Positions 30,439 to 42,386 of a DNA stretch of 64,000 bases are shown piece after piece (within the stretch, counting starts at the first letter, position 1; every line of letters begins with the position of its first letter). The DNA is from Salpingoeca rosetta. Taxonomy: Eukaryota > Protista > Choanoflagellata. The DNA lies in NCBI GenBank assembly GCA_033442325.1, contig JAWQFM010000003.1, positions 2,202,665 through 2,266,664 of the forward strand. The letters run 5' to 3'. The position numbers were made by a program, and so were the translations under genes. Under the pieces are notes generated by a model that searched no databases, was not told where the DNA came from, and saw nothing but the letters and a program-made list of their open reading frames with translations.

Positions 30439-32109
30439 TGTGTGTCAGGTGTGTGTGTGTGTGTGTGTGTGTCGGTTGTTTGTTCTTGTTGATTGTATGA
30501 CAGAGGCTTTTCGAGGTTGACTACGAGTGGCATCGGCGTCTTTTGCCTCCATTCCTCACGCGCACTCACAAACACAAACATGCATGCACGCACACACCCT
30601 CTGCTCCTTTTGCTGTTGTTGGCATGAACAGGCGCAGCTGCGTGCCCGTGCCATGGCGAGTGTGAGCGTGCCGGTTGCCTTCCACGTGTTTAACAACGGG
30701 CTTGTCATGTGCTCCACCTACTCAAGCAAGGCCAGTCTGGCAGACCTCGTTGCCTCCAACGCAGACAAGGGCGTGGCGTGTGACGAGACGCTTGTCATGT
30801 TCTATGCCATTGAGCTCCTGCGCACCATGGAGGCGCTGCACTCCTGCGGCTTTGTCGCAGGCAACTTCCAACGTGGGTGGTCTTGTGTCATGATGTGTGT
30901 GTGTGTTTGTGTGCTTGTGCTTGTGTGTGTATATGTGTGTTTGCTCTCTGTTTGCGAGTTTCTCCATGCGCGCGTGCATATGTACATGCGTGTGTTTGCT
31001 CTGAGAGCTTGCTTCTCTGTCTGTCTCTCTGTCTGTCTGTCTGTCTGTCTCGGTTTGTTTCACTCCGCAAGCATTGCTCCTGCAATCCACTTGTTGCCCA
31101 CGCGACTTGGCAAGCTCTTGTAACCAACTCACGTGCGTGGATGTGTGCTTGTTTCGCCTTCAGCCGAAAACATTCTCCTCCGCTGCGATCTCTTTGCTCT
31201 CGAGGCCGAAGAGGAGCAGGAGGCGACGGCACCCTGGAACGCACGGGGCGCCAACGGCTGGAAGCACTACGGTGTTGTGCTCACCAACTTTGCCCGCGCT
31301 GCGGACATGCAAGAGTTGCCCAGGCAGACGTTTGAGGACCACCAGCTGCTCGCAAGCCTTGGTCGCACCGCGGGCGCATTTGAGGTGATCGGCACGCATG
31401 ATGACTTGCATGTGTGTGTGTGCGTGTGCGCGTGTTAGCGTGTTACGTGTTAGTGTTGGTGTGTGTGTGTGTGTGTGTGTGTTTCAGTGCGTACTCGTGC
31501 TCGGAACCAAACACAGTTCCACTCCACGGACATGCCTCTCACAACCTCCACACGCACACACACACACACACACACACGCACACATACATACTCAACACGA
31601 TACAACACACCACAGCGGGATTATGTGGACGTGGCGGATGTGCTGCACCAACTGCTGTTTGGATCCGCCCTAGCTGTGGAGCAAGACGCAGACACGAGCC
31701 AATTCAAGCTGCAACAGCCCATCAAGTGCGTGCGCAATACGGCATTTTGTCTTGGCTCAACTTGGATGTGCTTGCTGCACATGCCACGCGTGGCACTCTG
31801 CCCGCTGGTGTTTGCTGTCTTGATTGTGATGTGCTGCGTTTCCTGCCGACTGATGGTGCACAGACCATTCTGCTCATTCTGCTCATTCTGCTCATTTGCT
31901 GTGTGTGTCGTGTTTGGATTGCTTACAGGCCGTATTGGCAACGCGAGTTGTGGCACAACATGTTCACGACGCTGCTGAACAACACCACAGGTTCATGCGA
32001 CCTGAGTTCTCTGCGCCGGGATTTCGAGGGCTACTTGGAGAGCAACAGCTACAAGAGCAGCTCGCTCCATGGCCTGCTCATCCGCCAAGACCTGCAGCTT
32101 TCTGACTGA
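23449..32109 (+). CDS. BUB1: MadBub spindle-checkpoint protein (BUB1/BUBR1/Mad3 family) with a degenerate C-terminal kinase domain
   Basis: KEN1 (WETCKENFKPRRQG); TPR (DPLDIWKRYIAWAE...LLERC...RNDERFLKICLKY); ABBA-KEN-ABBA (LSIYQD, AKENS, LDVYED); GLEBS (EYCFEEMRA); CD1 (PSPTINTKAAMADVMAMF); KARD (LSPILEAS); Bub1-type C-lobe (LVMFYAIELLRTMEALHSC...YWQRELWHNMFTTLLN). Stop TGA at 32107-32109. Confidence 0.92.
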
Positions 32110-32811
32110 AGGCGTGTTGTCCTTGCTGTTGTTGTTGGACTGTTGGCCGGGTGGTTGTGTCTTTGTGTCTTTGGCGTTGCCTCTTGCTGGTGTTTGTTCT
32201 CGTAGCGTTGCCACTTGCTGGCGTTTCTTCTTGTGGCATTGTTTGTTTGTTTGTTTGCTTGCCTACCCATGCGTGCACACATGTATGGCGGCATCATCAT
32301 CTTTGAAGTGGCAGCGTGGCAGCTCCTTGTTGTGTCGTACCATGTCTTGCTTTGTTCCTTCGTGGTGAACATTGCCTCAGTTGTCTTGTTGCTCTTTCAG
32401 AAAACCAAAGGGTCTTTGTGTGTGCGTGTTGCTGCCATTGTTGTTGTGTTTCATAAACGCGCTGTTATATTGCACTGGCACTTAGGCTTGCAAGCGAGCT
32501 CAGCTGCTGTGCCGTAAGTGCTGTGGCGTGGAGGAGAGCAAGCTGCACCGCAGCGGACTCTTGGGTCTCACCAAACCGCTGGAAGGCACTGGTGCGTTCT
32601 GGGCCGCAGCCAGCACGTTCGAGGCGCATTCAGCCCCGAACGAAACAAAGCAACCAGCCAATTTGTGCACACCGAGATGGGGCCGAGTTCATTTTCCAAA
32701 GCTTCATTCTTCTTGCCGCACAAGCAGGCTCTCACTCCAACAACAACCCCCCCCCCCAAGGCGGAACTCCTGCACCTCCACACACACACAAACAGTCACT
32801 CTCCTGGCAAG

Positions 32812-33185
32812 ATGTGCTTCCGGATGACATGCAACAAGTGCAGCAAGCCCACGTGGGGCGGCTGCGGCAGCCACATCGACAGCGCATTGCGTGGTGTTCC
32901 CGTCGAGGAACGCTGCAAGTGCAAACCATACACCAGCAGCGGTATGTGTGTGCTCTGGAGTGAGGGAGCTGTTGTGTTGGGTGGTTGGTGTGTCGGGTGG
33001 TTGGTGTGTGCATCTTGAGGCGTAGTGAGGCGTGGTGTACCTTGTTCGCCGTTGCGTGTGACGTGACGACTTCGTTTCTGCTGTGCTGCAGCCACTTCTG
33101 CTTCACACCCACAACGCCGTGTCGCTCACGATGTTCTCTCCCATGTTCTTCTTCTCTTGCTTGCGTTTATCCAGCGAGGTATTGA
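32812..33185 (+). CDS. Cys/His-rich microprotein copy A, 46 aa, two exons
   Basis: Exon 32812-32941, GTATGT...CCAG intron, exon 33175-33185 give MCFRMTCNKCSKPTWGGCGSHIDSALRGVPVEERCKCKPYTSSARY. Supported by the closely similar tandem paralogue. The second exon is inferred. Confidence 0.75.
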
Positions 33186-33746
33186 TGGCCATCGGGACGT
33201 TGTGAGCCGGCCTCCTGACAGAGGCATGGACACATACAGCTAGCTAGCCACAGCCAAGCAACGAAGAATCAAGAACCATGGACCAAGAAGGCCTCCTGCT
33301 AGCTTCTCGCCGCCCTTTGATCGTATTCCAAGCTCGTTCTACCTTGTCGTTGTTACATTATTCCCCTTGCTTCCATTCCTTTGTATGCCACGGCTCTCTT
33401 TGGCTGTCGCACCACCCTGCCCGGCTTATCTGCACTGTGTGCCACTGCCATAAACGAAAGCAAACCCAAAAACACACAGCGTGAACGAGAAGGCAGGAGA
33501 AGCAAAGCAAAGCATGGAGCGAGTTGTTGCGTTCTGGGAAAACGGCAACAACAGCCATGATGATGCTGATGATGAAAAGAAAAGCCTTGTGCACAACGCA
33601 TTCACCCCACCATCGCAACAACAAGCCACAAGCAAAGCCACAAGCAAAGCCACAAGCAAGCGACGACAGTCCCCTTCTCCCAGGCCCGTTCCCTAACCCC
33701 CTACCCACGCCTCGCCCCGCCTCGCCTCGCATCCCAACCCTCCAGC

Positions 33747-33902
33747 ATGTGCCACAGGACGACGTGCAGCAAATGTCACAAGCCCACCTGGGCAGGTTGT
33801 GGTCGCCACATTGACGCTGCCCTCCGCGGCGTTCCCATGGATGAGCGGTGCAAGTGCAAAGCACACACGGGCACAGCACCTCCCTCATGCAGCATCATGT
33901 AG
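33747..33902 (+). CDS. Cys/His-rich microprotein copy B, 51 aa, intronless, C-terminal CaaX (CSIM)
   Basis: ATG to TAG reads MCHRTTCSKCHKPTWAGCGRHIDAALRGVPMDERCKCKAHTGTAPPSCSIM. All core Cys, His and Trp residues are shared with copy A. Confidence 0.78.
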   Translation: MCHRTTCSKCHKPTWAGCGRHIDAALRGVPMDERCKCKAHTGTAPPSCSIM

Positions 33903-34423
33903 TTGTGTGTGTGTGTGGGTGTGTGTGTCTGGGTGGGTGTGTCGGTTAGCTACACTGGCTTCCTTTTTTGCCTGTGCTGTGATGACGTTCACTGGTCGCT
34001 GCCCACTTCCCATCCCCAAGCTGCTGTTCAACCTCCCCTCTTCCTGATGCACACCCTTGTTTGTCCAAGGATTGACAGCGCTTGCGTCTTCCTCTAACCT
34101 GCGCACCATTCCCCCACCTCCCCAAACATGTGTGGCCGACGACTGCCCGCTGCACCTTGTCAATCGCTTCCCCTGCCGTGCGTGTGGCCCTCTTCCCATA
34201 TAACCCTCCTTCCACCTCGACTGTAGGGTGTTGGCACCCTTCATCACCATGTACCGCTTTGTAATTAAATGACCCCAATGGCAACTCTGCACAATGAGAA
34301 AGAAGCGAGCAACTGCGCACTCAAACGCTATCACAACATGCCATGCATTATGCACAAGACGATTGGATGGAAAGTACATAGATCAACAAGAGAGGAACGA
34401 AAGGGCACAAGGTGTCAGTGTGG

Positions 34424-34715
34424 TTATGACGAGCTTTGTTGAGCGTGTGACTGCTGCCCAATCTCCGCGCGCAGTTTCTTCAGTGCGTTGTCCACCAGTC
34501 TCGCCTTTCGTCTGTCTTCCCCAGACCGAAACAGGCCCTGCCGGCTCGTGTCGTCAAACCTGAAAAGCGAGATGCGCAAGGGGGGCGCGTGAGGTGAGCG
34601 TACGCGGCGATTGGCAGGGGGGGGGGGTTGGCGAAATAGTGTGTGGAGTTCGCTCGCTCGCACGCAAGACAGGCCCACACACACACGCACACACACGCAC
34701 ACACACGCACACGCA

Positions 34716-34794
<79 letters not shown>

Positions 34795-35738
34795 TGGTAC
34801 ACACTTTTCGAGCCACATGAGGACAATGTGAGGCTTGAGGTGCGCGTATGTCTGTGTGCGCTGCTCAGGATCAAGATACACGGCCCAGTCCTCCTTCAAG
34901 AACACATCCACAAGCTAAACAGAGGCAAGCGGCAACCAACGTGAGCAGAAACTCACATCTCCGCGAAAGGTAGGGTAGAGAGCAAAAAAGTATACACCAC
35001 GCACACTATCCGACAAGCAACACTCGTGCTCCCGCATTAGGACCACACACAAACAACACACATCGCCACGTTCACCACACCGTCCTTCCATTGACAACAG
35101 CACCTCGCGAAGAGAGACGAAGAGCCCTTGCAAGAGCTGATCGCCAGCGTCAATCACGGGACACGAGTCCGCATAATCCTCGCACAACTGGTGTATGGTG
35201 TGTGTGTGCGTGCGTGTGTGTGTGTGTGAGGAAAAGGAAGATCGCCCGAGACGAGCACGGTGATTCAGTGTTCCCATCATGTGAGTTGCAATCACGTGAT
35301 GGCGGTGAACGCTGCAGCAACGTACCCGCACGTCGAGCTCAAACGATTTGATGCCGTTGAGATTCACCTTCTTAATCTGTGCGTGTGTGCATGGTACAGA
35401 TGGTTGTGTGCGTGTGTAGTTGCGCGTGGGCTCACATAGCCATATCCGAGTGCGCTCCAATTGCCAGCTTGGCGAAGCAGTCGATGGGTGACACGCGCAC
35501 ACATACGCACTCGCATACAACTCTCACGCAAAAGCACGAACATATACACACGCACTCACACACTCACGCACTCACGCACACACCTCTGGACTTTGGACGA
35601 GTTCCATGAGTTTCGAGCACAGGTGCTTGCACGTCATAAAGTATGCATGCGTCGCCACCTCTTTCTGCAAACCCGACAAGTGTGCAAGTAAACATCACAT
35701 TGTGAGCGAGTGAGCGCGCGCGCGCACACACACACACA

Positions 35739-35783
<45 letters not shown>

Positions 35784-36624
35784 ACACGAGAAGCACCAGA
35801 TACAGAAACGAGCAGCAGCAGCAGCAGCAGCAGTGCCATCACACGCATTGCACGCGTCACTCACGGGGAGGTTGGTTAACGACGCAAACATGGTGGTGAG
35901 GTAAGCAAGGAGATCGTACATGTACGAGCTCGAAGTTGTCCTGTAAACAGCACAACACACACACGCGCGCGCGCGACACCAGAAACACATCCAAAAGGTG
36001 AATGGTATCATCCTTGAAAGGCAGGACGTGGCATGTCCGCACCCAGCCATCTTGTACACACCACTCAATCCCTACACCGCCATCATTTGATGTCGCAAAA
36101 CTGCACGACCAAGACTACCATATTCGCGATGCCAACACCAGCACGTCACATGGCCACGCAACACCACCACCACACCGACATCATCATCACGACAGCATGA
36201 TTGCGTGACCGTGACAGCAGCAGCACCTTGGCTCTGCTGGCGCCCAGTCGTAATCTGCGAGATCAAGGCACTCGTCAATCTGTTCGCTCAACAGCTCAAC
36301 CATCCGATACTCAGCAGCGGAGCGTGCGTCTGGTGGTGGTGTGAGGTGGTGACGGAATGTATGAATGCATTCCAAGTGCGAGTGTCCAGACGGCTATCAA
36401 AGCACACGAAAACCCACGCACACCAAGTACACACGCACACCCAAGCACACACACACCCAAGCAACACACAACATGCACACACACACACACAAAACACGCT
36501 GAGCAACCGACCCTTGAAGTCTGATGCTGCGTAGAGGCGCGTGATGTGAATGTCATCGCCAACGGTTTTCGTCAGCGATGAAATGTAGCGCTCCAACTTC
36601 TCACACGCGCGCTGCCACGCATGA

Positions 36625-36700
<76 letters not shown>

Positions 36701-37279
36701 CAATGTGCATGTGTGAGGAAGACGTTCACGTGAGCGTGCGTGATCGCCAACAACCCGCCACATCTCAGCACAACACAATGTCAACAATTCAGGCGAAGCC
36801 GCACCGCACCTCGAGGTATTGCGTGTTGACGGAGATTTGTGTCAGCTGCGGCAGCGTCAGCGTTCGCTCCCTGACAATACGGGCCATTGTTCCTGTCGAG
36901 TGGTGGTGGTGGTGGTGGGGGTTAGTAGTTGTGAGGATGATGGAGTGGGGTTGGTGGTGAGGCAGTGGAGATCCAGAAGGGGTCAGGGTGGAGCGCATTG
37001 GTCGAAACACACGCATGCACGCACACGCACACGCACACGCACACACGCACACGCACACGCACACACCTACCGCTGAGGACTTTGGAGAGGAGCTGGTTTG
37101 TCGATTGGCGAACAGTTTCATCCACTTCCGTGTTGCTGAATAAAATGAACGCAACAATGAGCAGAGCCGTGTGTGTGCGCGTTTGTGAGCATTGTGCGTT
37201 TGTGGGCATTGTGCGTTTGTGGGCATTTGCGCGCGCGCGCGTGTGTGTGTGTGTGTGTGCGCGCGCGCGTTTGTGGGCA

Positions 37280-37359
<80 letters not shown>

Positions 37360-40300
37360 TGTTGGCAGATGTGCAACCTTGTGAACCATACAACGAAGCG
37401 AACTCAGCACGATCATGTCGTTCATGCACGCGCTGACCTGAGGCCGATGTTGTGGATGTAGAGCCACGTGAGAAAGATAAACTGCTTCACCTCCACGTAT
37501 ATGTTCGGCACCGCGTCCGAAAACTCGAGCGAGTGCGGCAGCTCGGCCTGACGTGCCGTATATACGACGAGTGTTGCTGACGTGAGAGGACATGGTGACG
37601 AAGCAGAGGCATGTGCACAGTCGAACGCGAGAGACGCATGCACGTGTGTATGTACGCGTGCGTGCATGTATGTTAGCGGCATGCACACACATGCACACAT
37701 GCACACATCCACGCGTAAGGAGCACATGTGCGCACCTCATCAGCTGGCACGTCGCTAAACGGATATTTCGCCCGCAGCGCCCGGTACTCCTCCTTCACAC
37801 ACACACATGCAAAAGAGCGGCAGTCAACGAGCGGTTGTGATGACGCACACGCAAGAGAACACACACACACACACAAGAGAGAACACACACACACAAAAGA
37901 AAAGGCACGCACACATACACACACAAAGAGAAACAGACCTCTGTGTCCACATGGAGCGGAGTGTAGTTGTCGGAGAAGAGAATTCCGCGCAGAACTTCCC
38001 CCGAGCTCGTGAGAAGCACAGACTGCAGGGCGCAATGTGTGCGTGTGCGTGTGTGTTGTGCTGTGAGGCGAGGGTGGACGGGGAAGCAAACAGCGCACAT
38101 AGACACGCGGACAGACACGGCGTAGAGGCAAGGACCAAGGCCGAAGCCAACACCATTCAACATGCAACTGACACCCTCACGCCAAGGCGCGCAGCAAGAC
38201 ACGACTGCAGCAGCAGCAGCAGCGGGACCTGATATCGTTCGCGAATGTCGAGCAGGACGTCCACGAGGCGGCCGATGCTGTAGTCGTGATCCTGATGGTG
38301 AAGATGGCGGTGAAGATGGTGATGGTTGTGGTGGTTGAGGATGGTGGTGGTGAGAATGGTGATGGGTTGGCAGACATGGGAGCATACGTGACGCTCGTCT
38401 GTCTCTTGGAAGAGCAAACACAACGAAACCCAAACAAAACAACGCCCACAACAACACACGAATCAAACAACCTCCACAACAACACAAGTAAAGCAAGAAC
38501 TGAGATCAACAGGACACGGTCGTGTTACCTGCAGGACACGGTTGAACGTGACAATGATCGTTTTGACGGATCGAATCATAGACGCAGTGGTGCAGTTGGA
38601 CTGGTGGTGGTGGTGATGGTGACGGCGAGGGATTGAGGATGATGGTTGGTGGAGTACGAAAAGATGGTGGTAAGCATGGGTGGGGAGCATGAGAGATGAC
38701 CTCAACACTCGAGTCACACCGTGCACGCATGGTGAATGAATGTGGTGTACAGGTACAGACGTACGCACGCTCGTACGCAACAGCAACACGAAGCACCGAA
38801 ACGAGACGCACAATGGCAGTTTGCATCGCGGTGGCAATCTTGTTCTGCGCGTGATGCCACATTTCATCAAGATACTGCTTGGAGATGAGGCCTGTTGTCG
38901 TTTGAGGAGGAACGTGAGACAATGACGACGGCCGAACGTGGAAGAAACTGTACAGGCTATGTCCGACGTACACACGTACACACAGACACACACATAGACA
39001 CAGACAGACACGCATACACAAACACACACACACACACGCACACACACAGACAGGCGCGCACACATCGCACATACACATGTACACCCGCACTCTCTCACCC
39101 TCTGTGGTGGAGAGTACGGTCTCCTCGACAAGGAAGAAACCCGCCAGCCGCGCAAAGTAGTCCTGAAAATCGTGCACCGATGTCTGGCGACGCAATGCAT
39201 GCAGGCACATGTGACATGAGGGGTGGGGTGTAGGTTGAGTTGACGTGGGAGGGTGTGGCTGGATGGACACAGACGCCCGTCTGAGGAGGTGGCTGTTATG
39301 AACGAAGGATGACAATCACGTACAGTCACGCACTGCAGAATTCAATTACATGCACCATCGCATCCATGGTGCATTTTCTGTGCGTGTTACCAGTGGGCTT
39401 GGTGGGTTGATGACCAGCTCCCCTTGCTTCTTCCGCTCCGTCTTGTAATACAAAATGCATGCACTCGTCGAGTTCTGACAGTACATGTGTGTGTGTGCGT
39501 GTGTGCGTGCGTGTGTGTGTGTTGAGCAAGAAAGTCAGGCTAGCCTTCATACACACGCAAAATCCACACACGCATACACACACACAATACACACACGCAC
39601 ACACACACACTCTCTCTCTTCCTTCCTAGCGTGTCTCTAATGTTTGCGTGCGCACCAGGACTTGGCAGATGTGCCAGCAGCTGTAGATTGGGCCAAAGTC
39701 GACATCGAGTGCAGCCGCGTGCGCCGTCATGTCCTCAAGCGCTGTTGATCGGATTGGAGGAGAGATGAGATGGATGCAGCCGATGAGATGCTGAACTCTT
39801 CGCGCACTCGTAGGGCGCAGGCAGCAACAACATGCAAACTGCACGTGAACACGCACACACGCGCACACACGCACACACGCACACACACACTCTTTCTCAC
39901 CTGCGAGGGAAGCGCTGCTTGCGCTCGGCTGCGCACCGACAGCTGCGTCTGGATCCATCCCCTCTGTGTCAATCGCATGCACCTTCTGTGCACGCGCCAT
40001 CGCCGTCTCGCCAACAGCCTTGGCCTTCATCCTCGCCTCCTCGAGAAACCGCCGCATGTCGCCAAACGCCTCCTGCCGCACCTGTGCGCGTATGTGCGGG
40101 ATGCGCGCTTGGATCGCCTGCCCAAACCGGAACCTGAACACACACGCACGCGTTGGAGAGAGGCAGGGAGAGACACAGACAGAGAGACACAGACAGACAG
40201 ACAGACAGAGTATGTGGTATGTGTGTGTGTGTGAGTGGAGATGATGGAAGGGAAAACGGCACATTGGCCTCGCCACAAAACCATTTGTATCGATCTTCCC

Positions 40301-40455
40301 TCATGCCCTCATCCCCCTCCAATTCCTTGTACATCTCTGCACGTACTGTGTGACGTGTGCAAGATGCTGTGCCTCCAACTCCTCCAACGTCTTGATAACA
40401 GAGTAGAACCGGCCAGCCTGCAGCTGCACCTGCACCTTGCAGAACAAGCGCAGCG

Positions 40456-40495
<40 letters not shown>

Positions 40496-41767
40496 TGTGT
40501 TTGTGTGTTTGTGTGTCGTGTGTGTCACATGTGCGTCACATGTGTGAGCGTTTACATGCGTGACATGTGAGTTGTGTGCGATGTGAGCTGCACGGGTTGC
40601 TGATGGGCCAGTAGCAAGTGGTTACAGTCAGGGTGTGGTTTAGTCGGCACATTGTCGTTGATTCAGGCTAGGGTCGCGCAACAACGACGGCGAGTGTACC
40701 TGGCACGCAGACGTTGAGCGTCTCGATGGTGCGAAGAATGTTGCACTGTCGTCTTCTCTCGCGCGCGAGCGATTCCGTCATCGCCTGCAGCCCAGTGCCT
40801 GGATGGTGAACGGCAACGAGCACAAGGTGGGTGAGACACGCATGATCGCTTGCCAACAAGGTCGAGTGGGAACACAGGTCAGAGAAGGGAAAAATGAAGC
40901 ACGGCGTGCACATGTACGGCTGGCGGTGCTGCTGACCTGCATCTGAGATCAAGCCCTTAACGCGATCGATCCTCGTCTGCAAAAGTTCACCACACGTGCA
41001 TGAACAAGAGTGAGGACGTGGAACAATTAAATACGGGTGAGTCAACAAGACAGGCGACCCCAATAGTGCAGACATACACACCTGTAGTTTGAGGGCGTGG
41101 TCCTTGAGCTTGAGCAGGCGATCAATGGAGTCGATAAACCCTTGGTAGTGGGTGCTGCACAACCGTTCAATATCGCCGTCCAGCTTGGTGGTCTGTGTCT
41201 CCAGTGCTTTCACGAACGTTGGGATGTCGGATTGCGAGGAATCGTACACAGCTCTGCATCAGAGAGACAGAGAGAGACAGAGAGAGAGCGCGCGCGAGCG
41301 CGCGCGGGGGGTCAGTGCGGGTTCAAGCTCAGCACACGCCTCCTTCGTGGTCGTTGTTGAAAAAAGGAAGGAGGGAAGAGAGGGAGGGAGAAGGAGAGGC
41401 ACAGTACGTACACACACACACACACCAACACTCTCTAACATTCACACCTACACGCACGCACACGCACACGCACACGCACACGCACACGCAAACACAAGCT
41501 GCCCAACACACATTCACATACGCACCGCAGAGTTGGGGCAATGTTGCCTTCGGAGTTGATGACCTCTGAGAGCAGCATGGAGTAGTTTCGGCCATGGCCC
41601 ATGTTGCCGTCGTCTCCGGCAGCAAGGCTACCAACGCTGCCAGCGCTGCTCTTCCGCGTCGCAGCTCCCTCGTCATGCACAGCACCATCGCCGTGCACGG
41701 TATCGGTGCTGGCAGTGTCCTCCCTCCTGCTGCTTCCTCCTCCCTCGCCATCGTCGTTATCCATCAT
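34424..41767 (-). CDS. EXOC6: Exocyst complex component 6 (Sec15)
   Basis: IAPTLR/AVYD; DGDIERLCSTHYQGFIDSID; RFYSVIKTLEELE; LDVDFGPIYSCWHI; YFARLAGFFLVEETVL; EQIDECLDLADYDW; SSYMYDLLAYL; IKKVNLNGIKSFELDV; EDWAVYLD. Stop at 34424. Confidence 0.93.
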
Positions 41768-42020
41768 CTTCAGCTTCTTTCAGTTTGTTTGGTTGCTGAA
41801 AATTATTGAAAGATTGCGTCCAGTTTTCCACAAAGCACATCACCACCAACGCAACAACGCGAACGTCTCGTTCATCTGCTGTGGTGCTCGTGTGTCTGTG
41901 TGTGCTCGTGTGTGTGTGTGCTTCCTGACTGCCCTTCCCCTGTGTCGTGCACAACCGCATCCATTCATCTGTCTGTTCATTTCCCGCATCACCGGGCTGG
42001 AGTAAGCGCTGTTTGGCACC

Positions 42021-42344
42021 ATGTCGAACGCGACGCGAAAGATCAAGACGCGTGAAGAGATCCGCAAGGAGAAGGAGCTCGATGAGGCACGAAAGCGCGG
42101 TACCATCCCTGCAGAGGTTGATGAGGAAGGTCGCGACATCAACCCGCACATCCCGCAGTACATCAAGGATGCCCCATGGTACTACAAGACAGACAAGTAA
42201 GTTAAGCACAGACTATGGTTAGCCCTGCGCGTTGCTTCGTATTGTTCGTTGGTCTATGTTTTTGGCTGTGGGTGATCTTGTCTGTCGTGCCAAGATTCAC
42301 ACGCCACAGCAGCCCGCTCACAAACGATCTGCCCGCTGCTGCTG

Positions 42345-42386
<42 letters not shown>

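Noticed and set aside
32942-33018. Read-through hydrophobic tail for microprotein A (GMCVLWSEG...)
   Set aside because: A strong GTATGT donor and GT-rich intron-like sequence favour splicing to 33175; intron retention cannot be supported without RNA data.
33481-33696. Short ORF with ATSK repeats upstream of microprotein B
   Set aside because: It stops before the microprotein ATG, is low complexity and has no counterpart beside copy A; probably promoter or UTR.
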